Shown piece by piece: positions 43,320-53,173 of a stretch of DNA of 64,000 bases. The number at the start of each line of letters is the position of its first letter. Position 1 is the stretch's first letter. Both the position numbers and the translations under genes were made by a program. This DNA comes from an uncultured SAR86 cluster bacterium (GTDB lineage: Bacteria; Pseudomonadota; Gammaproteobacteria; Magnimaribacterales; Magnimaribacteraceae), in the NCBI GenBank assembly GCA_902574355.1, contig CACGNN010000007.1, positions 1,721 through 65,720 of the forward strand. Reading direction: 5' to 3'. The notes beneath the pieces were generated by a model that made no database searches, had not been told where the DNA came from, and saw only the letters and a program-made list of their open reading frames with translations.

Positions 43320-44960
43320 TTACAGAATTTTCTTAAATTTTAAAATTTTATCTAAATCCTTTAAATCATTCCGTATATCTGAAATTATAATAAAACCATA
43401 TTTTTTAAACTCTATTTGATCATTTTTGATATTTATATTTGATGAAATATTACTATCAACACTTATGTCACCTTTATCAATTAGGTAAGCATTCTCACTC
43501 AAATTAAATATACAAAGTGTTTTTGTATCTTGATTCTCTCTATTGAATATAAGTAAGTCCTCGTGTTCATTCAAGAAATTATGCTTTCCTGCTAACAAAG
43601 CTGGGTCGGATTTTCTGAAAAAAATAAATTGTTTATAAAAATTTAAGATTGAGTTTGATTCATTTTTCTGAAGACTTACCGATCTATTTTTCTGTTTTTC
43701 TTTTACTGGTAACCATGGAGACTTATTACTAAAACCTGCATTGATCTTTTGGTGATCCCATGTCATTGGTGTTCTGCACCCATCCCTCCCTTTATTTTTT
43801 GGCCAAAATCTGATTCCTGGAGGATCAGTTAATTCATCAAATTCTAATTCTGTTTCTACTTGACCGAGTTCCTCACCCTGATATAAACATGGAGTTCCCG
43901 GCAGTGAAAGGAGCAGGGCACAACTTAACTTTGCAAAACTATCACTTTCATTTTTATCCCATCTAGAAAGATGTCTTATGACGTCATGATTTGAAAAACT
44001 CCAACAAGGCCAACTGTCAGAACCCTCATTAAAAAATTCTTTGATGGTGTCTCTAAAGAATGGAGCTGAAAACTCTTTACCAAGAAGCTTAAAGCTGTAA
44101 GCCATATGAATCCTTGACTCTTTGGTATATTCCTTCATTAATTTGATCGCTCTATGTGAATCGCCAATCTCACCAATAGAAGCTTTCTCTGGATAACAAT
44201 TTAATAAATTTCTAAATTTATTTAAAAATACTAAGTTCTCATCTTGATTAATAGCAAATAATTGATTTTGCATATAATAAGGATTAACCGGGGGGCTCTT
44301 GAAAGACAAAGGACTCTTCGGATTATCCCTCAATTCCTGATCATGAAAGTAATAATTAACTGTATCAAGCCTAAAACCATCTACACCTTTTTTTAGCCAA
44401 AATTCAACTTCTCCTAATAAGAAATCTTGAACCTCTTCATTGTGAAAATTAAAGTCAGGTTGGCTAGGCAGGAAGTTATGAAGATAGTATTGTCCTCTAA
44501 GAGGTTCCCATTCCCATGCAGAGCCACCAAAGACAGATAACCAATTATTAGGCGGAGATCCGTCATCATTTGCATCAGCCCATACATACCAGTCTGATTT
44601 TCTCGAAGATTTACTGCTTTTACTATCTATAAAAGCTTCATGCTTGTCTGAGCTATGCGAAAGAACTTGATCAATGATGACTCTTATATTTTTTTTATGT
44701 GCCTCTTCAAGTAATTCATCAAAGTCATCCATATCACCAAACAAAGGGTCTACTTGAACATAGTTACTGACGTCATATCCCATATCCTTCATAGGCGACA
44801 TGAAAAAAGGTGATAGCCAGATAGCATCGATACCTAGACTCGAAATATAATTTATTTTTTTTGTTATGCCTTTGAGGTCACCGACGCCATTATTAGATGT
44901 GTCTAAATATGACCTAGGATAAATTTGATAGATAATTGCGTTTTTCCACCATTCATTCAT
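43320..44960 (-). CDS. GH13 alpha-glucosidase / oligo-1,6-glucosidase
   Basis: GIDAIWLSPF, GVDGFRLDTVNY (nucleophile), IGEIGD (acid/base) and FSNHD form the alpha-amylase family conserved regions I-IV. Confidence 0.9.
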   Translation of the reverse strand: MNEWWKNAIIYQIYPRSYLDTSNNGVGDLKGITKKINYISSLGIDAIWLSPFFMSPMKDMGYDVSNYVQVDPLFGDMDDFDELLEEAHKKNIRVIIDQVLSHSSDKHEAFIDSKSSKSSRKSDWYVWADANDDGSPPNNWLSVFGGSAWEWEPLRGQYYLHNFLPSQPDFNFHNEEVQDFLLGEVEFWLKKGVDGFRLDTVNYYFHDQELRDNPKSPLSFKSPPVNPYYMQNQLFAINQDENLVFLNKFRNLLNCYPEKASIGEIGDSHRAIKLMKEYTKESRIHMAYSFKLLGKEFSAPFFRDTIKEFFNEGSDSWPCWSFSNHDVIRHLSRWDKNESDSFAKLSCALLLSLPGTPCLYQGEELGQVETELEFDELTDPPGIRFWPKNKGRDGCRTPMTWDHQKINAGFSNKSPWLPVKEKQKNRSVSLQKNESNSILNFYKQFIFFRKSDPALLAGKHNFLNEHEDLLIFNRENQDTKTLCIFNLSENAYLIDKGDISVDSNISSNINIKNDQIEFKKYGFIIISDIRNDLKDLDKILKFKKIL

Positions 44961-45828
44961 TTTTTGATTTCAGCCAGTTTATAAGATTCTCTTCAAATGG
45001 TTTGATAACTTTATATGTTTTCATATCTTGCTCAAGATTTCGAATTGCTTGAATTAGATCAGAAATAGCTTTTTTATTATTAATTATGTCAGTTATAGGG
45101 TTAACGTGAACTCTTACCGCGAATAAAACTGCTCTTGAATAATCTAACCGTCTAATCGTTTGCCTTTCAACTCTTAAGAAAAGTTTGTCTGGTTGAGTGT
45201 TTTTGATTTCTACTAAACTCTTATTACCTACCGGTTGAAAAAGTTCAGGACTATCAAATATAGACCAATTATACCTTTCAAAGATTTTCTGATCTGGCAA
45301 CTTAGTAAATATGGTATTAACTCTTGAATCTATTTTATCTTTGTAACCAGGAACAGATCGATGAAGTTCTGAAAGAGATTGTTGAAATTTTTCTTTTAAT
45401 GACCATCTAGTCGGCGCGCAAAGTGAAGCTGAATCAAGATAAAAGATATTTTCTTTTGGCTTCATGATGATCAGATCCTCTTGAATAAGAAGTGATGCCA
45501 ATTCTAAAGGGTCTTGAAAATCATCATAATAATAAAGACGATTATTCCTTTTGGATTCGACGGAATCCGTCTTTAGTTCATATGAATCATTATGATGATT
45601 CTTAAGATGCTCTAACACGAGATCTAAAGCCTCTTTTTGAGTATCTTGCGAATCATGAGAAGTTACTAAAACTTCGTCTTTTTTTTCTGAGTATAATTTT
45701 TCTTTTAGAGCAATTTCTTCCGAAAAAAGATGATCTATTTCTAACCAAGAACTATCTTCGATCGGCCTTAAACCAATATCAACCCCACCTTTTCCATCCT
45801 TGAAGGGCAGGTGGACTGGGTTATTCAA
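44953..45828 (-). CDS. DUF3445-family protein (heme-dependent oxidative N-demethylase alpha-subunit family)
   Basis: 291 aa. RYNWSIFDSPELFQP and FLRVERQTIRRLDYSRAVLFAVRVH match my recollection of the DUF3445 core (ERQTLRRLP ... FTIR). Confidence 0.65.
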   Translation of the reverse strand: MNNPVHLPFKDGKGGVDIGLRPIEDSSWLEIDHLFSEEIALKEKLYSEKKDEVLVTSHDSQDTQKEALDLVLEHLKNHHNDSYELKTDSVESKRNNRLYYYDDFQDPLELASLLIQEDLIIMKPKENIFYLDSASLCAPTRWSLKEKFQQSLSELHRSVPGYKDKIDSRVNTIFTKLPDQKIFERYNWSIFDSPELFQPVGNKSLVEIKNTQPDKLFLRVERQTIRRLDYSRAVLFAVRVHVNPITDIINNKKAISDLIQAIRNLEQDMKTYKVIKPFEENLINWLKSKNE

Positions 45829-45830
45829 GA

Positions 45831-47921
45831 TTAATTCAATCCTCTTTTTTTCAGAAGTGGTTCTATTTCGGGCTCCTTGCCTCTAAATCTAACATACTGA
45901 GTCATTAGATCGTCTGTGTTACCCGCTGAATAGACGTATTTTTTAAGTCTATCAGCAGTTTCTTTATCAAATAGTCCTTTGTCTTTAAAAGCTTCAAAAG
46001 CATCAGCTTCGAGTACCTCTGTCCATAAGTAACTGTAATATCCTGATGAATATCCGCCTGCAAATATGTGACCAAAATAAGTACTTCTATATCTCGTTTC
46101 AATTTCATCAATTAAACCTAGATCCTCTAAAGCCTGATCTTCAAATTTATCTATATTTGTGATTGGATTTTTATCTGTGTGGTAAGCCATGTCCAAATGA
46201 GCTGCAGCCACATATTCTGTTATTGCGAAACCTTCATTGAATGTTCCGGCATCGGATATCTTGTCTAGCAATTCATCAGAAATGACCTCACCTGTTTGAT
46301 AATGTTTTGCAAAAGTTTTGATTACTTCTGGTTCTCTTGCCCAGTTTTCCATCATTTGTGATGGAAATTCGACATAGTCTCTGGTTACGGAAGTTCCGGA
46401 TAGACTTGGATATTGAGCGTTTGATAGAAGGCCATGTAGCCCATGACCAAATTCATGAAACAAAGTCTCGACTTGTTCAAAGGATAGAAGAGAAACGCCA
46501 TCAGCATTTTCTGGAGGAAAATTACATACATTTATAACAATGGGTATTACATCTCCGTCAAACTTACTTTGACTTCTAAAAGTACTCATCCATGCACCAC
46601 CACTTTTGTTTGGCCTCAGTGTAAAGTCTGTATAAAAAATACCCATCACTTTATTGTCAGAGTCCTCTACAACAAATGAACGAATATTATCGCGGTATTT
46701 TGGCAAGTCATTTCTTTCACTAAAAGTTATACCAAACAATTTATTCGCAACATCAAAAGCACCCTCTAAGACCTTTTCTTCACTGAAGTATGGCTTGACC
46801 TCTTCCTCTTTAAAATCAAATTTCTCTTGTCTTAATTTTTCTGAGTAGTGCCACCAATCCCATGCTGCCAACTGAAAGTTAGCACCTTCTTCGGAAATTA
46901 ACTTCTGCATTGCCTGAACTTCTCCTTTGGCTTTTTCGATACCGGGTTCCCAAACTGTTTGAAGAAGTTTGTTAACATTTTCGGGAGTCTTTGCCATGCT
47001 ATTATCTAAGACATAGTCAGAATGACTATCGAAACCTAGCATTGAAGCTTTCTCTTGCCTAAGCGCAATCATTTCAGCAATTATTTTTTTATTATCAAAT
47101 TCGTTGTCATTATCTCCGCGGTGTATATAAGAATTGTAAAGCTCTTCTCTAAGGTCTCTTTGGGTAGAGTATGTAAGGAAAGGGTACATGCTGACTCGAG
47201 TTGGTTTGAATACCCATTTACCAATTTCCCCTTCAGATTCAGCTAAAAGAGCAGCCTGTCTTATTTCTTCATCAGGTAGTCCATCTAGATCGTCTTCATT
47301 ATCAATAACCATGCTATAAGAATTTGTTTCTTTAAGAACATTTTGATCGAATTGAACAGATAAGGATGATAACGAACTGTTAATTTCAGTTAACCTATCC
47401 ATTGAATTTTTATTAAGATTTGCCCCTGATCTAATGAATCTTTTATAAGTCTCTGCGACTAATCTAGCTTGCTCTACTGACAGACTAAGCGATTGCTTGT
47501 TTTCATAAATTTCCTTAATCCTCATGAAGAGTTTTTTATTTAAAAGAATTGAATCATTATGTGAAGATAGTTTTGGACTTATTGTCCTCTGAAGAGAATC
47601 CATATCGTCATCTGTATTAGATCCCTGAAGATTAAAAAAGACACTACTCACTTTGTCTAATGTTTTACCTGAGCGCTCTAAAGCTTCTATGGTATTTTCA
47701 AAGGTAGGTGCCTCAGTATTATTAGCAATTACATCTATTTCCTCTAGGTGCTCTTTCATCCCTTGAATGAAGGCGGGTTCATAGTGAGAAAATTTAATAG
47801 CCTCAAAAGGAGGAATTTGAAAAGGGGTCTCGTATTCGTCTAGAAAGGGGTTCATAGAATTATCCTCATATGTAAAACTAAAAATTAAAAGCAAAAGAAA
47901 AGGAACGTGCTTCTTTAACAT
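45831..47921 (-). CDS. dcp: M3-family peptidyl-dipeptidase, secreted
   Basis: 696 aa. Signal peptide, zinc motif HEFGHGLH, and a downstream EFPSQ glutamate region. Confidence 0.9.
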   Translation of the reverse strand: MLKKHVPFLLLLIFSFTYEDNSMNPFLDEYETPFQIPPFEAIKFSHYEPAFIQGMKEHLEEIDVIANNTEAPTFENTIEALERSGKTLDKVSSVFFNLQGSNTDDDMDSLQRTISPKLSSHNDSILLNKKLFMRIKEIYENKQSLSLSVEQARLVAETYKRFIRSGANLNKNSMDRLTEINSSLSSLSVQFDQNVLKETNSYSMVIDNEDDLDGLPDEEIRQAALLAESEGEIGKWVFKPTRVSMYPFLTYSTQRDLREELYNSYIHRGDNDNEFDNKKIIAEMIALRQEKASMLGFDSHSDYVLDNSMAKTPENVNKLLQTVWEPGIEKAKGEVQAMQKLISEEGANFQLAAWDWWHYSEKLRQEKFDFKEEEVKPYFSEEKVLEGAFDVANKLFGITFSERNDLPKYRDNIRSFVVEDSDNKVMGIFYTDFTLRPNKSGGAWMSTFRSQSKFDGDVIPIVINVCNFPPENADGVSLLSFEQVETLFHEFGHGLHGLLSNAQYPSLSGTSVTRDYVEFPSQMMENWAREPEVIKTFAKHYQTGEVISDELLDKISDAGTFNEGFAITEYVAAAHLDMAYHTDKNPITNIDKFEDQALEDLGLIDEIETRYRSTYFGHIFAGGYSSGYYSYLWTEVLEADAFEAFKDKGLFDKETADRLKKYVYSAGNTDDLMTQYVRFRGKEPEIEPLLKKRGLN

Positions 47922-47979
47922 GAGGTAATATTACTTCAATATCTTTTATTGTGAATAAATATTTTAGGGTATAAGAATT

Positions 47980-48258
47980 ATGAAAAATCCTGCATTTATT
48001 TTTTCTTTATTGAAACGTTTTGTAGGAATAATATTTTTAATTCTTAATTATCTTTGTTATGGGTTAATGGTAAAACTTGCAGCAGACTCTAGCTTGTCAG
48101 CATTTGAAAGAATAATCTATCCATCCCTAGTATATTTTATTAGCTGGATATTTGTCATTCTCGGTATTTATTTGGCTGGACCTGAGCTTGTTGCTAAGAT
48201 CAAAGAGTTTTTTATATACATTAAAAATAAATTCTTGAGGAAAAAAAATGATAGATAG
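47980..48258 (+). CDS. hypothetical small membrane protein (2-3 TM)
   Basis: 92 aa, hydrophobic, no motif. Confidence 0.4.
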   Translation: MKNPAFIFSLLKRFVGIIFLILNYLCYGLMVKLAADSSLSAFERIIYPSLVYFISWIFVILGIYLAGPELVAKIKEFFIYIKNKFLRKKNDR

Positions 48259-49093
48259 ACTCGACCATATAATTGTCTCTGTTAAAGACATTTCTGCTGC
48301 TGAAGAAAATTTTACTAAGTTTTTTGGCATAGAACCTGTTTGGAGGGGCGAACACTCTGAACTAGGAACTATAAATGCTATCTATAATTTTAGTAACACT
48401 TACTTCGAGATTTTAGCGGCAAAAGGAGAAGGAATAGGTGCAGAACTCGTAAAACAATCCATACAAGAAAAGGGTGAAGGATTAACCGGTCTAGTGCTGG
48501 GCAGCGATAATCTAAAAGATTGCGAAAATCAAATCTCAAAAAAACATTTTAAATCTCCTCCTATCTCAATTGGAGAAGGAATGGATTCTGATAGAGGTGA
48601 AATAAGAAGATGGAAAAGTTTGTTTCTTCCTAATGAGCTCACACGCGGCTTGTTTGCCTTTTTAATAGAGCACACCGAAGGACAGTTACCCTTACCTAAT
48701 GAATTTCCTGATTCTTCCGTCAATAAACTTGATCATGTTGTTATCAACACAAATGATCCTGATGGATTTATCGAGGTCTATCAAGACATATATGGAATAA
48801 GACTTGCACTGGATCAGACCATAGAAAAATGGGGCGGTAGAATGCTCTTTTTTAGACTCAATAAAACTACCATAGAAGTCATAGCAAAAAAGGATGAAAA
48901 TGAAATAGAAGACAAATTATGGGGTCTTGCATGGGATGTGGAAGATATCAAAAAAACTCATTCAAGACTTTGTAATGAAGGATTTGAAATAACACCTGTA
49001 AAAGAGGGTAGAAAGCCCAATACTTTAGTTGCAACTGTAAAATCAGATGTCTACGACATACCAACTTTACTTATCCAACATCTTTCCTCTTAA
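48248..49093 (+). CDS. two-domain VOC (glyoxalase/bleomycin-resistance/dioxygenase) family protein
   Basis: 281 aa. Each half starts with the LDHIIVSV / LDHVVINT first-strand His motif of the VOC fold. Confidence 0.75.
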   Translation: MIDRLDHIIVSVKDISAAEENFTKFFGIEPVWRGEHSELGTINAIYNFSNTYFEILAAKGEGIGAELVKQSIQEKGEGLTGLVLGSDNLKDCENQISKKHFKSPPISIGEGMDSDRGEIRRWKSLFLPNELTRGLFAFLIEHTEGQLPLPNEFPDSSVNKLDHVVINTNDPDGFIEVYQDIYGIRLALDQTIEKWGGRMLFFRLNKTTIEVIAKKDENEIEDKLWGLAWDVEDIKKTHSRLCNEGFEITPVKEGRKPNTLVATVKSDVYDIPTLLIQHLSS

Positions 49094-49781
49094 ATTTATC
49101 GTATATCCAATAGGGTGAATAAATTATAAAAAATAAAACTGCTCCAATGATAATCAAAAGAGGTATATGCAAAGGTGGTTCTGGAAAAAAGTCTAGAATA
49201 CTCTCACCAATTGGTTTTGTGCCTAGATACCAATAGTTTGCTGGAGGTCCTAAAAGCATATTTACTACATATATGATCGGTAGAATCGATAAAGAGACAT
49301 AAATACCATTTTTAACAGAGCTGAGAGTGGGCCGATTTTTTAAAGCTATGCAGGCATAGGCTATTGCAATTATTAAGAGCCCATGTCCTATGAAAAATAA
49401 GATAAATTGTGGATCTGGAAAAGTTTTAGGAATATCAGGGGTAACTAATGCGTTAATTCCGCCTCCGATCCCCCAGAAAAAAGATACCTCAAAAAATATT
49501 CTTTTTTCCGTGAGCAAAAATATCCCAATAAACAATGTAGATAAATTGCACATATGAATAGGTATAAGTTTTATCCAGGGAAAATCCATCCAATAGTGCC
49601 AGATAAAAGGTTTAATTAACTCCAAAGTAATAGCAGAGAATCCCAATACTTTAGCAATTAATGCTTTATTACTTAGATCGCTATTTTTTATAAAAAGAGG
49701 CAGTAAGAATGCTAAAGCTAATATCAATAGTAATGTAACTAAGTGAGACTCCCCAAAGATCTCAAAAGGCTGCGCGTCCAT
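49071..49781 (-). CDS. integral membrane protein, YwaF/TIGR02206-like
   Basis: 236 aa, about 7 TM. The N-terminal FEIFGESHLVTLLLI pattern resembles that family. Its 3' end overlaps the convergent VOC gene by 23 nt. Confidence 0.55.
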   Translation of the reverse strand: MDAQPFEIFGESHLVTLLLILALAFLLPLFIKNSDLSNKALIAKVLGFSAITLELIKPFIWHYWMDFPWIKLIPIHMCNLSTLFIGIFLLTEKRIFFEVSFFWGIGGGINALVTPDIPKTFPDPQFILFFIGHGLLIIAIAYACIALKNRPTLSSVKNGIYVSLSILPIIYVVNMLLGPPANYWYLGTKPIGESILDFFPEPPLHIPLLIIIGAVLFFIIYSPYWIYDKFKRKDVG

Positions 49782-49845
49782 TAATTAAGTATAAAAATAA
49801 ATTTACCTGTATGGTAGTTAAGAATTTCAACAATATAATGACAAT

Positions 49846-51117
49846 ATGGAAAAAAATTTAATTAGTTTTTTGCCAAAAATAGAGAAAAACGAAAAGATAA
49901 TTTTGTTAAGAGCTTTCTTATTTTTCTTTTTCGTTTTGGCTTCTTGGTATGCATTACGACCTGTTAGAAATGAACTAGCTGTTCAAGGAGGAATTTATAA
50001 TCTTCCTTGGTTATTGATTGGAGTTATGCTGGCTATGCTCATTATCAATCCTATTTATTCCTGGTTGGTTTCTCGTATAAATCAAAATCGTTTAATTCTC
50101 TATATCTACTCTTTCTTCATTCTGAATTTAATCCTATTTTTAACAATGTGGACATTTGCAGGAGAAGACGGTCGTATCTGGACAGGCAGAGCTTTCTATA
50201 TTTGGGCAAATGTATACTCATTTTTTGTTGTATCCATTTTTTGGGTAACTATGATTAATTTCTTTTCGCATACAGACTCAAAAAAATTCTTTGGTATTAT
50301 CAGCGCAGGAGGTTCATTAGGTGCTTTTTTTGGATCTACTGTTGCAAGATATTTTTCAACTGAAATTTGTGGCAATACCTCTATTTCTGATTTAGGGCCT
50401 ATGAGCTTGATAGTTTTTTCCATTTTTTCACTTCTTTTCGCTATATTTTTTTCTAGGTCATTCAAGCCTAAAGCATTAGACATGGACAATTCCTCAAAAG
50501 AGTTAGGTGGTTCTAGCTTTGAGGCAATTCAAAATATTATCAAAGATCCCGCTATAAGGAATATAGGCCTTTATGTCATATTATTCACCATGTTAATGAC
50601 AACCTCTTGGATGATTTCTTTAGGAATTGTTGAGGAATGGTCAAAAGATCCATGCGAAAGGACTGGCTTTTTTGCAAGAATAGAGCAAATTGTTACTCCT
50701 TTAACTCTTTTAATGCAGCTCTTCCTTGCTTCCTATATCTTACGAAGAGTAGGTTCCTTAGCTGTGTTATCTATTTATGGTGTCTTGTTTGCCATTGCTT
50801 TCATGGCTTATGCTTTTTATCCAACTATTACAACTGTGATGATGGTTGTGATAAGTCTGAGAATATTTGAATATGGACTAAATAAGCCCACTAGAGAGTC
50901 AATCTATACAAAGCTAAAACAACAAGATAGATATAAATCAACGGTTTTCATAGATACCTTTCTTGCAAGATCTGGCGATGTTATTGGAGGATGGTTTGTA
51001 AGAGGTTTAGTTGGAACTGGAATAGCGGTGTTATCCGTCACATGGGCCGCATTGCCTTTTGCATTATTTATCTCTTACATGGGTTTCCAAGTAAATAAGG
51101 CAGTTAATGATGAGTGA
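49846..51117 (+). CDS. MFS-fold transporter of the ATP/ADP-translocase-like (TLC / Npt, COG3202) type
   Basis: 423 aa, about 12 TM. LRAFLFFFFVLASWYALRPVRNELAV and FYIWANVYSFFVVSIFW ... GIISAGGSLGAFFGS resemble TLC-family conserved blocks. Confidence 0.6.
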   Translation: MEKNLISFLPKIEKNEKIILLRAFLFFFFVLASWYALRPVRNELAVQGGIYNLPWLLIGVMLAMLIINPIYSWLVSRINQNRLILYIYSFFILNLILFLTMWTFAGEDGRIWTGRAFYIWANVYSFFVVSIFWVTMINFFSHTDSKKFFGIISAGGSLGAFFGSTVARYFSTEICGNTSISDLGPMSLIVFSIFSLLFAIFFSRSFKPKALDMDNSSKELGGSSFEAIQNIIKDPAIRNIGLYVILFTMLMTTSWMISLGIVEEWSKDPCERTGFFARIEQIVTPLTLLMQLFLASYILRRVGSLAVLSIYGVLFAIAFMAYAFYPTITTVMMVVISLRIFEYGLNKPTRESIYTKLKQQDRYKSTVFIDTFLARSGDVIGGWFVRGLVGTGIAVLSVTWAALPFALFISYMGFQVNKAVNDE

Positions 51118-51433
51118 TGAATTTATTAACGTTGCAGACATAACAGATATAGAAATTAATCAATCTCAATCTGTAGAATTAGAAGGGAAAGCTGTATTAA
51201 TTTGTCATACAACCAAGGGAATATTTGCTGTAGAGGATAAATGCAGCCATGCAGATATTCCTCTTTGTGGAGGACAAATTATAGATAATTTCATAACTTG
51301 TCCTGTTCATGGGGCTGTATTTGATCTAACTGATGGATCTGTACAGTCACCTCCAGCCTTCGAAGATCTAGAAACTTTTGAAGTACAAATTGAGGGTACT
51401 TCTATTAGTGTTAAAAAAAGTATTTCAGAGTAA
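51107..51433 (+). CDS. Rieske [2Fe-2S] ferredoxin-type protein
   Basis: 108 aa with CSHADIPL (CxH) and CPVHGAVF (CxxH). Confidence 0.85.
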   Translation: MMSDEFINVADITDIEINQSQSVELEGKAVLICHTTKGIFAVEDKCSHADIPLCGGQIIDNFITCPVHGAVFDLTDGSVQSPPAFEDLETFEVQIEGTSISVKKSISE

Positions 51434-51442
51434 TATTAATTT

Positions 51443-52273
51443 ATGGATTATGAATTTATTGACTGTATTGAAATCGAGCCCTCAATAAGGCGTATTTTCT
51501 TAGATAGGCCTAATAAAAGAAATGCTCTTTGCAACCCATTAAGAAAAGAACTTTTCAATTGTTTAGAGGCTTTAGATAATGACTCTAAAGTAAAAGTTAT
51601 CATCATATCTGGCAAGGGGTCATGTTTCTGCGCAGGATACGATCTTTCATATGATAACAGCAAAGATTTACCATACCATGCCAGTAAGACAGATGGCTTT
51701 TGGCCACGTCATGTAGTTGAAGGAGCCTTTAAGATATGGGATCTTTCAACACCCGTCATTGCAGAAGTGCATGGCTATTGTTTGGCAGGAGGAACAGAAC
51801 TCGCAGCTTCATGTGATCTTGTTTATTGCTCAGATGATGCTGAAATAGGGTATCCAGTAGTTCGATCAATGAGCCCTCCAGATAATCAATTCTTTCCTTG
51901 GTTGTTGGGCATGAGAAACGCAATGGAGATGATGCTTACTGGAGAAACAATAACAGGAAAACAAGCAGCAGAAAATGGGTTTGCAAATAAGTCTTTCTCT
52001 GCTGACATTTTGTCAAAAGAGGTTGAAAAAATTGCAAGTAAAGTAGCAAAAGTACCTTCAGACATACAGGCGATCAATAAAAGATCAATACATAGACAGA
52101 TGGAGATTATGGGTATGAGAGATGGCATTAGGGCCGGTACAGAATTACAAGCTCTTGCCATGCACAGTAATTCCACTAAAGAACATCTCAAAGAGCTTTC
52201 ATCAGGATTAAAAGAAGCATTGGATAATAGAGACAAAGACTTTGGCGACTATAGGACAAAAAATAAAACATAA
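51443..52273 (+). CDS. enoyl-CoA hydratase/isomerase (crotonase) family protein
   Basis: NKRNAL, FCAGYDL and HGYCLAGGTELAASCD are the crotonase oxyanion-hole segments. Confidence 0.88.
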   Translation: MDYEFIDCIEIEPSIRRIFLDRPNKRNALCNPLRKELFNCLEALDNDSKVKVIIISGKGSCFCAGYDLSYDNSKDLPYHASKTDGFWPRHVVEGAFKIWDLSTPVIAEVHGYCLAGGTELAASCDLVYCSDDAEIGYPVVRSMSPPDNQFFPWLLGMRNAMEMMLTGETITGKQAAENGFANKSFSADILSKEVEKIASKVAKVPSDIQAINKRSIHRQMEIMGMRDGIRAGTELQALAMHSNSTKEHLKELSSGLKEALDNRDKDFGDYRTKNKT

Positions 52274-52610
52274 AATACTGATAATTTTTGTGAGTTTAAT
52301 TTTAGGCTCCTGCTCGAATTCAACGCAACCAAATGGTGTTGAATGGAGTGGCCCACTTAATTTCATGCATATTACAAAAGAAAAAATGGAAATGATTTAT
52401 TCGGTTAATATCACAGGACAAAAAGTTTTTCTTGATGGTTTCTACGAAGTCACAAAAAACAATACTGATGAAGTCTTGTTTCGTTTAAAAGTTGAAGAAT
52501 TAGAGCTAGGAAATAGAGAGGACGGAAGAAGCTTTTGTAGAGTATGGGGTGAGATCGATGAAAGCAATATCCAAAGTTACTTATTCGCTCTTGATTGTAA
52601 GCCAATCTAA
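52242..52610 (+). CDS. hypothetical lipoprotein
   Basis: TTG start. K-rich n-region, hydrophobic core and a lipobox-like LILGSC. The 5' end overlaps the crotonase gene by 32 nt. Confidence 0.45.
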   Translation: MATIGQKIKHKILIIFVSLILGSCSNSTQPNGVEWSGPLNFMHITKEKMEMIYSVNITGQKVFLDGFYEVTKNNTDEVLFRLKVEELELGNREDGRSFCRVWGEIDESNIQSYLFALDCKPI

Positions 52611-52613
52611 TAG

Positions 52614-53162
52614 ATGAAAGCTGATTTTTTAAAGTCCCAAAAAATAATTCATTGGATAATGGCTATCATTATTATGCTGGATCTCAATATCGCACAAAAA
52701 TTTGGAGGAGAGATGGATATTTTGGATAGGCTGGAGTCAAGGATTGATCACACTAGTGTCGGACTATTCATAACATTTCTTTTTTTATTGAGAGTCTTTT
52801 TGAGATATAAATATGGATCTCCAGGCTATCCCGACTCTATGCCTAGATGGCAAGTAATCTCAGCTAAGGTTGGTCATTACGGACTTTACTTCTTGATGGG
52901 TGGATTGATTGTTACTGGTTTGTTGACAGCAAGATATGCAACTGACCCGATTCTTGCTTTTAATACGTTAAATCTAACGATGGGCAATGGAGATCTACAA
53001 ATTTATAACGTAATTAGATTTTTTCATGAGGTTTTTACAAATTTAATCATAGCCTTTATCGCTATTCATATTTTCGCTTCTATGTATCATCATTTCATTG
53101 CTAAAGATTCAACAACTTTGAATATGATTAAATTTTGGAAGAATTCATTAAAGTCCAACTAA
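52614..53162 (+). CDS. cytochrome b561 family protein (CybB-like)
   Basis: 182 aa, 4 TM. Heme-ligand histidines in HWIMAI and FHEVFTNLIIAFIAIHIFASMYHH. Confidence 0.75.
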   Translation: MKADFLKSQKIIHWIMAIIIMLDLNIAQKFGGEMDILDRLESRIDHTSVGLFITFLFLLRVFLRYKYGSPGYPDSMPRWQVISAKVGHYGLYFLMGGLIVTGLLTARYATDPILAFNTLNLTMGNGDLQIYNVIRFFHEVFTNLIIAFIAIHIFASMYHHFIAKDSTTLNMIKFWKNSLKSN

Positions 53163-53173
53163 ATTTAGCCTTA

